Assembly (NCBI GenBank): GCA_021199335.1
Contig: JAJQIG010000038.1
Location: 1,298 to 65,297 of the forward strand
Direction of reading: 5' to 3'
Length of the DNA: 64,000 bases
Source: Oscillospiraceae bacterium
Lineage (GTDB): Bacteria > Bacillota > Clostridia > Oscillospirales > Ruminococcaceae
Part shown: positions 19,709-30,315 of the stretch, one piece after another
Layout of the letters: every line of letters begins with the position of its first letter
Position numbering within the stretch: position 1 is the stretch's first letter
Program-made: the position numbers and the translations under genes
The notes under the pieces: generated by a model
What the model was told of the DNA's origin: nothing
What the model saw: the letters and a program-made list of their open reading frames with translations, nothing else
Database searches by the model: none

Positions 19709-20755
19709 ATCAATTAAACAATATAAAAACGCTATGAACAGCATCAAAATTTCCGAAAGCTTTGAAAGGCGCACCGAAGCCTTGCTTAAAGAGATGAACA
19801 AGGAGGAAAACGGCACTGCGTTAAAGGGTATGAGCGATGATTTTTCAAGCTCCGAAAATGATGGCTGCCGTCTTAATAAAGGATTCCCAAAAAGAAATTT
19901 TTCGCTGAGCGCGGCTGCTGTTGTTGCGGCGGGAATTATCGTTTTTTTGTACTTAATCCAATCGGAAACAAGGAAATTGCCGCTGATACAGCAGCCGCTG
20001 AGTCGGAGCAGACCGTCCTTAACGAAATAACCGATGAGGAAACCGAGTCTGTTTATTATTACCCTGAGGACGATGGATTCGCCGAAGCGGTTGACGGCGG
20101 TGAATTCCTTGTTCAAGACTTTGACGGCGGAGCCGCCGAGTATACAGAGGAGGAAGAGGCTCGGGATGAATCGGCTGAATTATCTGCGCCCGAGAAAACG
20201 GATAAAACCAAAGCCGCAAGCGGCGGAGCGGATGCGGCCGCACCGTCAGCGCAAAGTATGCCGACCGAGGATGCTCCCTCCGATGATATTGAAATGGATG
20301 CGGCTGAAACAATCATCGCTGACGGGGATGAATCCCCGAATATAAAATTTCTTTATGATGTTGACGTAAGCAATTCGGATTTTGAAATAATTTTCTTTGA
20401 GGAGGGTTCGGAAAGCAGAACGGCTATGGAGGATTCCGATTCTTCAAAGCAAAACATTATTTCGGCAATCGGAGGTGTTATTTACAACAGCGGAATATCA
20501 ACCTCCTCCGAGATAAAATACGATGTTGAGTTTATCCTCGGCATTAACGATAAAACCACGGGTGAAAGAACAGTCACGGTCTATGTTACGGATAACAATG
20601 CCGTAATTGTTACCGTCCACACCTCATCGGCGCAGATAAAAACGTCATATATGCTCCCGTCCAAGGATTATTCCGAAATTGAAAGGATGATGTTCAGCTA
20701 CTTTGGAACGGAAAGCGACTATGAAGCGTTCTCCGCACTTAAAAGCGGGAAATGA
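19698..20755 (+). pseudogene. Anti-sigma factor gene split by a -1 frameshift at a T7 run (19942-19948)
   Basis: Frame 0 (19698-20030) encodes the cytoplasmic part and half of a TM helix. The -1 frame is open from 19880 to 20755. One extra T would give IIVFFVLNPIGNKE... and a single 350-aa-class protein. Confidence 0.6.
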
Positions 20756-20841
20756 GTATTTATCGCTTGATTAAGCCTTAGGGCTTTTTCATAAATAATG
20801 TCAGGGTTCTGAGTTTCTCTGACAATTTCTCCTATTTAATC

Positions 20842-20886
20842 GGCGCTTTGGAATTCCCCATGTTCCAAAGCGCCCATTCTTTTGTG
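20842..20886 (+). terminator. Rho-independent terminator
   Basis: GGCGCTTTGGAA...TTCCAAAGCGCC followed by CATTCTTTT. Confidence 0.75.
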
Positions 20887-20911
20887 ATGCGCCGTTAGCC
20901 TGCCGCCGTAA

Positions 20912-20971
20912 ATTGTAATTAAAATTGTAATATTATTGTAACTGTACAAAAAGCGGCTCTTGCTGTATAAT
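20912..20971 (+). promoter_or_regulatory. Three helically phased ATTGTAA direct repeats abutting a TGTACA-N17-TATAAT promoter
   Basis: Repeats at 20912, 20924 and 20935; -35 at 20943-20948; -10 at 20966-20971. Confidence 0.4.
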
Positions 20972-21036
20972 TATTTCGGAGAATATTGTATAAATGAAAT
21001 CGGCAGAATTTCATGTGTAAAATGGGGGGAGCTTTC

Positions 21037-24000
21037 ATGCTTGTTATTTTATTGATTTTATGGCTTGTTTCGCCGATAGCGCTGACTATTTTTTGTATAG
21101 TCGATCGTAAGAAAATTTCTAAGCAGAAAAGCGTTATTAAAGAGCTTAGTGAGGAAAATGCCCGACTTAAAGGGAGGTATTCTTCATCGGAAGCCGCCGA
21201 ACAAGCAGAAAAAATCCTTTCGGAGGAAAAAGAAACGGAACAAAGCGCAGAGTCAAGATATGATACGTCCTATATGGGGAAGGCGGCAAAGCCCGCCGCT
21301 CCTGTGTGGGGCAAACCCGCAGATGTTCCGCCAAAGGCTGAAAGGAGACGGAAAATAAGCTCAATTAATGTTATGCTTATCCTTGGGGCAATGTTTATTA
21401 TTATCGCAGGGCTTATTTTCGCAACAACGGCATGGGAGTTTCTTTCGAGCGGAGTTAAAGCGGTTGTTATCTTTTCCTTTTCGGCAATTTTTTTCGGCGT
21501 ATCATCCCTTTCGGAGAGAAAATTCGGGCTTAAAAAAACAGGCGTGATTTTTTACACTCTGGGCAGCGTGTTTTTGCCCATAACTCTTGTTGCGGCGGGC
21601 TATTTCAGGGTTTTCGGCGAATGGTTCTCGCTGTTTGGCGAAGGGCGTCCCCTTCTGCTTGCGCTTACGTTTGCGCTCCTTTCCGCAGTTGGTCTTAAAG
21701 GAAGCGCAGATTACAAAAGTGCCCCTTTTGCGTGGGTGAACTTGGCAGGGTTTTCGGCGGCGGTATGCTCGCTCATTTTGCAGTTCACCGACAGGATGGA
21801 TATATTTGCGGCAGCTGCATCGATATACGGTCTTGTTGTAATTTTGATTTGCCGTCCGCTTTCAAATAAAACCTCGGAGAAATTTGGGGCGGTTATATCT
21901 CAGCTCGGAGTGTTTGCGGCGGTCAACACCGTTTTGCTGAGCATAAGCACGTTTATATCCGCCGCCGATAAGGGAAACGGTATCATGGTTTGTATAACAA
22001 GCGTGATTTTTGCCGTGGGATTTCTAAAACTGGCGGATATTCCGCTTGGCGATGAAAATGGTCTTGGCGCGGCTATACCCTTTGTGATTTTTATAACCTG
22101 CGGAATGCTGTCACTGTTTTCTCCCGATGATTTCGTCGGAGTGGTGCAAACCGCTGTTGCAGCCGCCGCAGTTCCCGTGGCGCTTTCGATGCTCGGAATT
22201 TTCTCTATCAAAATAAAATCGGCTCTTCGGGCTGTTTCGGGAGTCTTTGCATCGGCCCTGCTTGCGCTTTGCATTATAGCCGCCCTTGTCGCAGAACCCA
22301 CATGGATTTCCCTTGCCGCATATTGTATCCTTGCGGCGGAAATGCTCGTCCTTGGGATTTTTCACAGAGAGGAAAGCAACGGGAAAATTATGATTTCGAC
22401 TTTCCCTGCGGCGTGTGTTACGGCGGCGATTGTGTTATCAAGGCTTATTTTTAAATCTGCGGATATTGCGGACAGGACATTCTATACGGCGCTTACAGTG
22501 ATTCCCCTTATCGCCGTAATGCAGGCAGTGTTTGTGTTTGTTAAGCCACTGAAGCTGCGCACGGATTCTTCCGATTACATATTTGCGGCAGGTTCGCTTA
22601 TCTGCGGCAGCGTTGCATTGGGTATATGGGGCGAGGACAAAAGCTCGGCTCTTTATATGCTCTTGGGATTTGCTGTTTCCGCACTTACAGTAATTCTTCC
22701 GATAATCGGCGGAGCGGGTAAAATTAAAAGGATTCTTCTTGCCTCATCGTCAATGGCGTGGGGAGGATTGCTTGCGGAGATATTGAATGTATTTTTCCAT
22801 AACCCTGTTTACCCTATGACAATAACCTCCCTTGTTCTTTCGGCTGCGGCTCTTGCGCTTACATTCCTTCGCCCAAAGGATGATATGGAAATTGCCTCCG
22901 TAATTTGTCTGAGGGCTGTAACCGCTGTTTATATCCTTATCGGATTTGTTAATTATGAAACTGTATTCCCGCTTTTCTTGATTTTAACTGCGCTCTGCCT
23001 TGTAAGATTTTGGAGAAAGAAACGCATTTCGGAGCTTGTGGGAGGAATAATTCTTTCGTCATTTTCTGTTGGAGCAATTGCCTACGATGCTTTCGGCGCT
23101 GATATATATGATGCTGTCCTTGCGGCGGGAGCTGCCGCCGCAGTTATAAATGCGGCAATGCTGTTCATTGGCGGTGGAGGAAAATTTGCAAAAATTGCGG
23201 AGAGAACCTCACGTTACACCCTGTTTGCGGCAGCTTCCATAACAATGCTTGTCCTTGCTTCAACGGGAGCGTTCGATGCTGTGTATATCTCTGCGGCGGC
23301 ATTGCTGTTCCTCTATATGACGGTTTCATTTTACTGCGCTGAATCAACGGCTGCGCTTATTCTGCCGTTTTCGCTGCTTTATCCAACGGTCCTTAATTTG
23401 CTTGAAAACCGCCTGTTTGATGGATATTATTCATACGGCGTTGAGGGATATTATCCCGACTTCAATATAATAAATGTCACCATTTGCGTGATGCTTGCCG
23501 TAAGCATCGGGCTTAGCTATGCTTTGCACAGAAATGCGCTTCGGGAAAAGAGTAGAAATTCGTTTTACATAGACGGGCTTGCATTTTCAAGGATTATAGG
23601 TTTGATGTCATACTTTGATGCCTGCCCGTATAATGGGGATAAATCACGCTGGTTTGGGATTTTTCCTGCGGCAGCCTGCCTTATGAGCTTTTGCAGGAAA
23701 AATCAAAGGCCCGATTTCAGGAGGTGGATATACACCGTTTCGGCTGCCGCTCCGTTTACAGCGTTCATGGTTCAGCCGTTTGTTGAATTTAAGGAAATCA
23801 TTGCCTTGGAGATGCAAATTCTCCCCATTCTTCTTTACCTTTTTGCGATAAGATTCCTTTGGAAAAATCGCACCGGTGTCATTGACATAATCACCTTTGC
23901 CGCCTATGTTGTGTCCTATATTGTTCTCTTCTTCTCCGCATTGGTAAGCGGCGAGCTTGCGGACGGACTTATTATAATGATAACTGCCCTTGCGATGCTT

Positions 24001-24243
24001 ATATTCTCATTCTCGGTTAAAAAGAAGAAGTGGTTTGTGCTTGCGGTTACGGTGCTTGTCACAACTGCGCTCTTTATGAGCAGGGGCTTTTGGGCAAGCT
24101 TGGGATGGTGGGTATACCTCCTTGCGGCGGGATTGCTTCTTATTGCTATAGGTTCGCTTAACGAGATGAAAAAGCAGTCGGCAGATAAGGAGGGCGGCTT
24201 CAGAAAGAAACTCACAAGGTTTATGTCCGAATGGACGTGGTAG
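21037..24243 (+). CDS. Very large polytopic membrane protein (about 1068 aa), unknown function
   Basis: GGGGGAG RBS before the ATG at 21037. N-terminal TM, then a charged coiled-coil linker, then dozens of hydrophobic segments. Confidence 0.6.
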   Translation: MLVILLILWLVSPIALTIFCIVDRKKISKQKSVIKELSEENARLKGRYSSSEAAEQAEKILSEEKETEQSAESRYDTSYMGKAAKPAAPVWGKPADVPPKAERRRKISSINVMLILGAMFIIIAGLIFATTAWEFLSSGVKAVVIFSFSAIFFGVSSLSERKFGLKKTGVIFYTLGSVFLPITLVAAGYFRVFGEWFSLFGEGRPLLLALTFALLSAVGLKGSADYKSAPFAWVNLAGFSAAVCSLILQFTDRMDIFAAAASIYGLVVILICRPLSNKTSEKFGAVISQLGVFAAVNTVLLSISTFISAADKGNGIMVCITSVIFAVGFLKLADIPLGDENGLGAAIPFVIFITCGMLSLFSPDDFVGVVQTAVAAAAVPVALSMLGIFSIKIKSALRAVSGVFASALLALCIIAALVAEPTWISLAAYCILAAEMLVLGIFHREESNGKIMISTFPAACVTAAIVLSRLIFKSADIADRTFYTALTVIPLIAVMQAVFVFVKPLKLRTDSSDYIFAAGSLICGSVALGIWGEDKSSALYMLLGFAVSALTVILPIIGGAGKIKRILLASSSMAWGGLLAEILNVFFHNPVYPMTITSLVLSAAALALTFLRPKDDMEIASVICLRAVTAVYILIGFVNYETVFPLFLILTALCLVRFWRKKRISELVGGIILSSFSVGAIAYDAFGADIYDAVLAAGAAAAVINAAMLFIGGGGKFAKIAERTSRYTLFAAASITMLVLASTGAFDAVYISAAALLFLYMTVSFYCAESTAALILPFSLLYPTVLNLLENRLFDGYYSYGVEGYYPDFNIINVTICVMLAVSIGLSYALHRNALREKSRNSFYIDGLAFSRIIGLMSYFDACPYNGDKSRWFGIFPAAACLMSFCRKNQRPDFRRWIYTVSAAAPFTAFMVQPFVEFKEIIALEMQILPILLYLFAIRFLWKNRTGVIDIITFAAYVVSYIVLFFSALVSGELADGLIIMITALAMLIFSFSVKKKKWFVLAVTVLVTTALFMSRGFWASLGWWVYLLAAGLLLIAIGSLNEMKKQSADKEGGFRKKLTRFMSEWTW

Positions 24244-24293
24244 AAAAAACTGCCGACTTGACGGCAAGCATACCTTATACGATAAAAATATTT

Positions 24294-24335
24294 GGCGTTC
24301 GGGAGCTTTTCATATTCCCGAACGCTTTTATTTTA
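24294..24335 (+). terminator. Rho-independent terminator
   Basis: GGCGTTCGGGA...TCCCGAACGC followed by TTTTATTTT. Confidence 0.75.
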
Positions 24336-24343
24336 TGTTTGTT

Positions 24344-24376
24344 TTGACAATTTATACCAAATGACTGCTGTATAAT
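24344..24376 (+). promoter_or_regulatory. Putative spoIIE promoter with consensus hexamers separated by 21 nt
   Basis: TTGACA at 24344-24349 and TATAAT at 24371-24376. TTTGACA is one mismatch from a reversed 0A box (TGTCGAA). Confidence 0.4.
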
Positions 24377-24419
24377 TATTCTATGTAAATATTTTCATCG
24401 GAAAGGAATGTAAAAAAAT

Positions 24420-26753
24420 ATGATTTTGAAAGAAAAACGGAGCGAGGGCATATCCGCAGCCGAAGCGCCTGTACAAGCCACAGAAAGAAAAAACAGGGTA
24501 AATCCGCTCCTCTCGGCGGTTATTTCCTGCCTGTGCGGAGCCGCATTCTGTGGGGCGTTTTCGGGGGGAACAGCAGTGCCGGTGTGTCCGTCACTGACTG
24601 CAATATTGCAGCCTGTTTACGGACTATGCGTGTTTGTCGGTGCGGCGGCTTCATACATAGCGGCGGGAACGGCAGGCGGCTTCGTTACCGAAATAATCGC
24701 AATGCCGCTTATTCTCTGCATAAGGCTTGCCGCACGCCTTTTCTTTGGTGAAGTAAGGCCCTCCCCCAAAAATGCGGCTTTTACGGCGGGACTTGTTTAC
24801 TTCATTTCGGGAATCGCAGCCGCTCTTGCGATGAAAATAACCTTTGTGCTTGTCGCTGCAATTTTCTTTCGGGGAATAATATGCGGAACGGTCGCATACT
24901 TTGCCGCTCTGTGCTTCGGTGAGCTTTCGGATAACGGGAAAATAAGCGTAACGGGAGAAAAAGGCGTGGCTGCGGCGGTTCTGTATGTGCTGACAATATC
25001 AGCGCTGAGCGGAGCGCGTTTCGGCAGTCTTTGCGTTGGGAGGGCAGTTGGGATTTTCATTATCCTTGCGGCAGGCGGCCGCTTCGGAGGGACGGGCAGT
25101 GCGGCTGTGGGTGCGCTTACCGCACTTGGAATAATCCTTGCGGAATCGGCGGGAACGGAGCTGCCCGATATGGTGAGAAGCACGGCGCTCATAAACTGTT
25201 CCGGGCTTATATCGGGCTGCGTTTCGGGAAAGGGAAGAACAGCATCGTCTGTCTTTTTTTCGGTGTCAATGATGGTGCTTATCCTTTTTATGGGTAAAAT
25301 ACAATGGGCGGCCGAGCTTATGACGGATACCATCGCTTCCGCGGCGCTCTACTGCCTTGTCCCCGATAGATTTTATATGCGTACCGTAAACGGGACATTG
25401 AAAAGGGGTTCTGCGGTTATAGATCATTTCGGGGGTGTAATGGATTTTGCGGCGAGGGCAATCGGGGGCATAAGGAAAAGCGTTATGAAAGCATCTGCGC
25501 TGCTTTCGGAAATAAACGGGGAGGATAATGAAATTGACATTGCTGAGAAGGCTTGCCGTGAAATCTGTTCGGAATGCCGCAATAATGAATTTTGCTGTAA
25601 GGGCAATAGCCGCAGAGCAAAGTATATTTTACCTGAAGCTGTACATCTTCTCGAAATTAAAGGTTATATTACAGAAAAGGAGCTGCCAAAGGTACTTGAG
25701 GGCTGTACAAAAAAGACCGAGATAACGGAGCTTCTTAACGATATGCATTATATGAACAAGATGGCACAGGGCGGAAGAAGAACATCGGAAAGACTTATGG
25801 AATGCCTTGATGAACAGCTTTCATCGGCGGAGGATATGCTGGGCGGAATGGGCAGCAGCCTCACCGATGGAAGAATTTATGACGAGGGTTTATCGGAAAG
25901 GGTGAAAATAGCTGCGGAACGTTTCGGAGCAAAAAATGCTTCTGCGGCGGTATATTTTGACGCCGCCGGTCATATCTTTATTTCATGCTTTACAGAGGAA
26001 AGGCTTGAATCTCCCATTGAGGAGCTGACGCAAAAGCTTTCCTCAATGACAGACCGTGAGCTTGAAAAGCCCATTATTTTCAATGAGGAAGGATTCATCC
26101 GTATATGCTGGCATGAATTTCCCTGTTTTAAAACGGAAACGGGGAAGTCCGTCCTTAACGGACGTGAGGAAACAAGCGGCGATTGTTCTGCGGAATTTTA
26201 TGACGGAGAGGGAAACGCATATTTCCTTATCTCGGACGGTATGGGCAGCGGCAACAGAGCCGCACTGGAGAGCAATATGACTGCGGCAATCCTTGCAAGG
26301 CTTATCCGTTCGGGAACAGGTGCGGAGGCCGCTTTGAAAATAGTTAATACCATCCTTATTTCAAAGTCGGAGGATGAGATTTTCGCTACCGCCGACCTCC
26401 TTAAAATCAATCTTTTCAGTGGAAGAATCGACATTTTTAAAGCGGGAGCTGCGCCGAGCTTCATTAAAACGGGCGGAACGGTGAAAACCGTTGAAAGCAG
26501 AACATTCCCACTTGGAATAATGCCGCACATTCAGACGGAGCGGCGCACACTGCGCCTTTCGGATGGGGAATGCGCCGTTATTTTAAGCGACGGAATATCG
26601 GAGGAAAGCTATCCAAAGCTGAGGGAGCTTATGCTGAGTGATGGTTATTCCCCACAGAGATGCGCCGATGCCATCATTGAGAATGACAAATGCTGCAAAA
26701 AGATGTCATCCGATGATAGAACCGTCCTCGTGGTCAAACTGCATAAATTTTAA
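24420..26753 (+). CDS. spoIIE: Stage II sporulation protein E (membrane-bound PP2C phosphatase)
   Basis: About 10 N-terminal TM segments and a C-terminal PP2C (FLISDGMGSGNRAALES...ATADLLKINLFSG...VILSDGI). Confidence 0.85.
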   Translation: MILKEKRSEGISAAEAPVQATERKNRVNPLLSAVISCLCGAAFCGAFSGGTAVPVCPSLTAILQPVYGLCVFVGAAASYIAAGTAGGFVTEIIAMPLILCIRLAARLFFGEVRPSPKNAAFTAGLVYFISGIAAALAMKITFVLVAAIFFRGIICGTVAYFAALCFGELSDNGKISVTGEKGVAAAVLYVLTISALSGARFGSLCVGRAVGIFIILAAGGRFGGTGSAAVGALTALGIILAESAGTELPDMVRSTALINCSGLISGCVSGKGRTASSVFFSVSMMVLILFMGKIQWAAELMTDTIASAALYCLVPDRFYMRTVNGTLKRGSAVIDHFGGVMDFAARAIGGIRKSVMKASALLSEINGEDNEIDIAEKACREICSECRNNEFCCKGNSRRAKYILPEAVHLLEIKGYITEKELPKVLEGCTKKTEITELLNDMHYMNKMAQGGRRTSERLMECLDEQLSSAEDMLGGMGSSLTDGRIYDEGLSERVKIAAERFGAKNASAAVYFDAAGHIFISCFTEERLESPIEELTQKLSSMTDRELEKPIIFNEEGFIRICWHEFPCFKTETGKSVLNGREETSGDCSAEFYDGEGNAYFLISDGMGSGNRAALESNMTAAILARLIRSGTGAEAALKIVNTILISKSEDEIFATADLLKINLFSGRIDIFKAGAAPSFIKTGGTVKTVESRTFPLGIMPHIQTERRTLRLSDGECAVILSDGISEESYPKLRELMLSDGYSPQRCADAIIENDKCCKKMSSDDRTVLVVKLHKF

Positions 26754-27022
26754 ATTAAAGACATTTTTCAAAATAGGGATTTTCTACAAAACCGGTTCCA
26801 TTTATGCCTAAATTATTAATTGAAATAAGCTATTTTCCTTTTTGTGGCTTAAAATTCTAATAAAAATTGTAAAGTTTGCATAAATTATACTGTAACTTTA
26901 CGTGAGAAATATAAAATAATTACAAAAACACTTGAAATATGATACACAATCTGTTAAAATATAAATACAAATGCAAGTGATGCAAATTAGGGAACTTAGG
27001 TTCCTTTGAAGGAGTATGATAT

Positions 27023-29071
27023 ATGGCTTCCAATAAAGTAAAATTCCCCGACGGATATGAGTTCCCCCTTCACATTTTTCATGAGGGAACAAGTGTCAGC
27101 GCGTTCGATTTTTTTGGAGCGCATAAAGGGGTAAAAAAAGGAAAAGAAGGAGTTTTTTTCCGTGTGTGGGCGCCCCATGCGAAATCTGTTTCCATTGTCG
27201 GCGATTTCAATAAGTGGGATAGGCGTAAAAATCCGCTTACAAAGCTCCCCGATGATGCCTCTTGGGAAATTTTTATTGAGAATATCGAGCAATATTTTAC
27301 CTATAAGTACAGCATTGAAACTGCCCACAGCAGCATTGTGCTCAAAGCCGACCCATATGGAACGCATATGGAAACAAGGCCCGCCACCGCTACGAAATAT
27401 TTTGATATTGACGGGTACAAGTGGGAGGATAAGGCGTGGTACGACAAAAAAGCAAAAACCAATATTTATAAAAGCCCAATGAATATTTATGAGGTTCATT
27501 TGGGTTCATGGCGTACCTATGAATACGGCGAACCGTTCAACTATGTTAAATTTGCTGAGGAAATTGTGCCGTATCTCAAGGATATGAGCTACACTCATAT
27601 TGAAATGATGCCCCTTGCGGAATATCCGTTCGATGGCTCATGGGGTTACCAAATAATCGGTTATTATGCGCCGACATCCCGTTACGGAACCCCGTTTGAT
27701 TTTATGAAGATGATTGATATTTTCCATAAAAACGGCATTGGAGTTATTCTTGATTGGGTTCCGGCGCACTTCCCGAAGGATGGAGCGGGCTTGTTTGAAT
27801 TTGACGGCGATTGTTGCTATGAATACACCGACCCGTTGAAAAAGGAGCATACCTCATGGGGGACAAGAGTGTTCGACTTCGGAAAGCCCGAGGTACAGTC
27901 GTTCCTTATTTCAAATGCGGTTTATTGGATTGAAAAGTTCCACATTGACGGCTTGAGGGTTGACGCCGTTGCTTCGATGCTTTATCTCGATTATGACAGG
28001 CGTGACGGTGAGTGGCGTCCGAATAAGGACGGCGGTAGGGAAAACTATGAAGCCGTTGAGTTCCTCAGAAAGCTTAATACCGCTGTTTTCGGAAGAAACC
28101 CCGATGTTCTCATGATTGCCGAGGAATCGACCGCATGGCCGCTTGTTACAAAGCCCGCCGATGTTGGTGGCCTTGGCTTCAACTTCAAGTGGAATATGGG
28201 CTGGATGAACGACATCCTCGACTATATGCGGCTTGACCCGATTTACAGGGCGAATAACCACGGAAAGCTTACGTTTTCGTTCTTCTATTGCTTCAGCGAG
28301 AACTATATTCTTCCGATTTCACATGATGAGGTTGTTCACGGCAAGGCTTCGCTTTGGAATAAAATGAGCGGCGCCTTTGAACCCGATAAATTTTCAACGC
28401 TTAAAACCTTCTTTATGTATATGATGGCCCACCCGGGCAAAAAGCTGAATTTTATGGGCAACGAGTTTGCTCAGAAAATCGAGTGGAATTTTAAGCAGGG
28501 GCTTGATTGGCAGCTTCTTAACATGCCCGAGCATAAGGCTATACTCGATTTCAGCCGTGACCTTAATAGGTTTTACCTCGAAAATTCTCCTCTGTGGCAG
28601 CATGATGACGACTGGAACGGATTCTCATGGATTTGTCATGACGACTATATGCAGAGCGTTATCGCTTTCAGACGTATTGACGATGAGGGCAACGAGGTCG
28701 TTGTCGTTTGCAATTTTGTTCCCGTTAAGCGTGAAAATTACCGCATAGGCGTTCCTCACGCAGGGTATTGGCAGCAGGTTCTTTCCACTGATGACGTCAA
28801 ATACGGCGGCAAGGGAGAGGTTGACAACAAAAAGCGGAAAACAGAGGATTATTCCATGCATGGCTATGAGCAGTCCATAACGCTCGATATTCCTCCGCTT
28901 TCGGCAATGTATTTCAAGTATATTCCGCCAAGAAAACGCAGGTCAAAAGCGGAATTGGCTGCAGCGACAACGGATTCGGCAGCAAAAAACAGTTCTTCGG
29001 TTAAGAAACCCACGGGCAAGAGGACTGCCGAGAAGAAAGCAGCCGCAAAGTCCGATAAAAATACTAAGTAA
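27023..29071 (+). CDS. glgB: 1,4-alpha-glucan branching enzyme
   Basis: GH13 motifs (DWVPAHF, GLRVDAVASMLY, IAEESTAWP) with a Lys/Ala-rich C-terminal tail. Confidence 0.9.
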   Translation: MASNKVKFPDGYEFPLHIFHEGTSVSAFDFFGAHKGVKKGKEGVFFRVWAPHAKSVSIVGDFNKWDRRKNPLTKLPDDASWEIFIENIEQYFTYKYSIETAHSSIVLKADPYGTHMETRPATATKYFDIDGYKWEDKAWYDKKAKTNIYKSPMNIYEVHLGSWRTYEYGEPFNYVKFAEEIVPYLKDMSYTHIEMMPLAEYPFDGSWGYQIIGYYAPTSRYGTPFDFMKMIDIFHKNGIGVILDWVPAHFPKDGAGLFEFDGDCCYEYTDPLKKEHTSWGTRVFDFGKPEVQSFLISNAVYWIEKFHIDGLRVDAVASMLYLDYDRRDGEWRPNKDGGRENYEAVEFLRKLNTAVFGRNPDVLMIAEESTAWPLVTKPADVGGLGFNFKWNMGWMNDILDYMRLDPIYRANNHGKLTFSFFYCFSENYILPISHDEVVHGKASLWNKMSGAFEPDKFSTLKTFFMYMMAHPGKKLNFMGNEFAQKIEWNFKQGLDWQLLNMPEHKAILDFSRDLNRFYLENSPLWQHDDDWNGFSWICHDDYMQSVIAFRRIDDEGNEVVVVCNFVPVKRENYRIGVPHAGYWQQVLSTDDVKYGGKGEVDNKKRKTEDYSMHGYEQSITLDIPPLSAMYFKYIPPRKRRSKAELAAATTDSAAKNSSSVKKPTGKRTAEKKAAAKSDKNTK

Positions 29072-29092
29072 ATCCATTGGGAGGAAAAAATA

Positions 29093-30295
29093 ATGTATAC
29101 AAAAAAAGAATGCGTTGCAATGCTGCTTGCAGGCGGCCAGGGCAGCCGCTTATATGCCCTAACTCACGATATGGCAAAGCCTGCTGTTCCTTACGGAGGA
29201 AAGTATAGAATTATTGACTTTCCGCTTTCCAACTGTGTAAACTCGGGAATCAATACGGTTGGCGTTCTTACTCAGTATCAGCCGCTTGTTCTTCATGATT
29301 ATATCGGAAACGGTCAGCCTTGGGATTTGGATAAGCAGTACGGCGGCGCTCACTGCCTGCCGCCTTATCAGACCGCCCTCGGGGCTGAGTGGTATAAGGG
29401 CACAGCCAATGCTATTTACCAGAATATAGCTTTTGTTGACAGATACGATCCCGAATATGTTGTAATACTTTCGGGCGACCATATTTATAAGATGGACTAT
29501 AACGATATGCTCCGCCACCATAAGGAGAAGAATGCCGATGCTACGATTGCTGTTCTCGATGTTCCTATGGAGGAAGCGTCAAGATTCGGCATTATGATTA
29601 CGGATGATAAGGGTGACATTGTTGACTTTGAGGAAAAGCCTAAGAATCCCCGTTCAACCCTTGCTTCGATGGGTATTTATATATTCACATGGAGCAAGCT
29701 CAAGAAATACCTTATCGAAAACGAGAATAATCCCGAGGAGGATAAGGATTTCGGCAAAGCAATCATCCCAAATATGATGAATGCGGGAGAAAAGCTTGTT
29801 GCTTACGCTTTTGACGGCTATTGGAAGGATGTTGGAACGCTTGATTCCCTTTGGGAAGCAAATATGGATCTCCTTAACCCCAATATTCCGATTGATCTTT
29901 ATGACCCCGAGTGGAAAATGTATTCCAAAAATCCGATCATGCCCCCTCAGTACATAGGCTCGGAAGCGGTTATCGAAAACTCAATGGTAACCGATGGCTG
30001 CGTTGTTGAGGGAACAGTTGATTTCTCCGTTATTTTTGAGGGAGTAAAGATTGAACAAGGCGCAACGGTTACAGACTCGATCATTATGCCCGGCTCTGTG
30101 ATTAAATCGGGTGCAATTGTTGAATATGCAATCGTTGGCGAGAACTGCGTTGTGGGCGAGGGCGCACAGATTGGCGCAAGGCCCGAAACCTTTGACAACA
30201 GAGATGATTGGGGCATTGCAGTAGTCGGCCATAACATCACAATCTCCGAAAATGCAAAGGTTCTTCCGAAGCAGATTATTTCGGAAAATGTTTAA
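29093..30295 (+). CDS. glgC: Glucose-1-phosphate adenylyltransferase
   Basis: [13 protein letters not shown]...[19 protein letters not shown]. Confidence 0.9.
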   Translation: MYTKKECVAMLLAGGQGSRLYALTHDMAKPAVPYGGKYRIIDFPLSNCVNSGINTVGVLTQYQPLVLHDYIGNGQPWDLDKQYGGAHCLPPYQTALGAEWYKGTANAIYQNIAFVDRYDPEYVVILSGDHIYKMDYNDMLRHHKEKNADATIAVLDVPMEEASRFGIMITDDKGDIVDFEEKPKNPRSTLASMGIYIFTWSKLKKYLIENENNPEEDKDFGKAIIPNMMNAGEKLVAYAFDGYWKDVGTLDSLWEANMDLLNPNIPIDLYDPEWKMYSKNPIMPPQYIGSEAVIENSMVTDGCVVEGTVDFSVIFEGVKIEQGATVTDSIIMPGSVIKSGAIVEYAIVGENCVVGEGAQIGARPETFDNRDDWGIAVVGHNITISENAKVLPKQIISENV

Positions 30296-30315
30296 AATGA
30301 GGAGGAACTTTTACA

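Noticed and set aside
24250-24267. Hairpin CTGCCG-ACTTGA-CGGCAG just after the giant membrane protein gene
   Set aside because: No T-run follows it. The real terminator is the stronger hairpin plus T-tract at 24294-24335.
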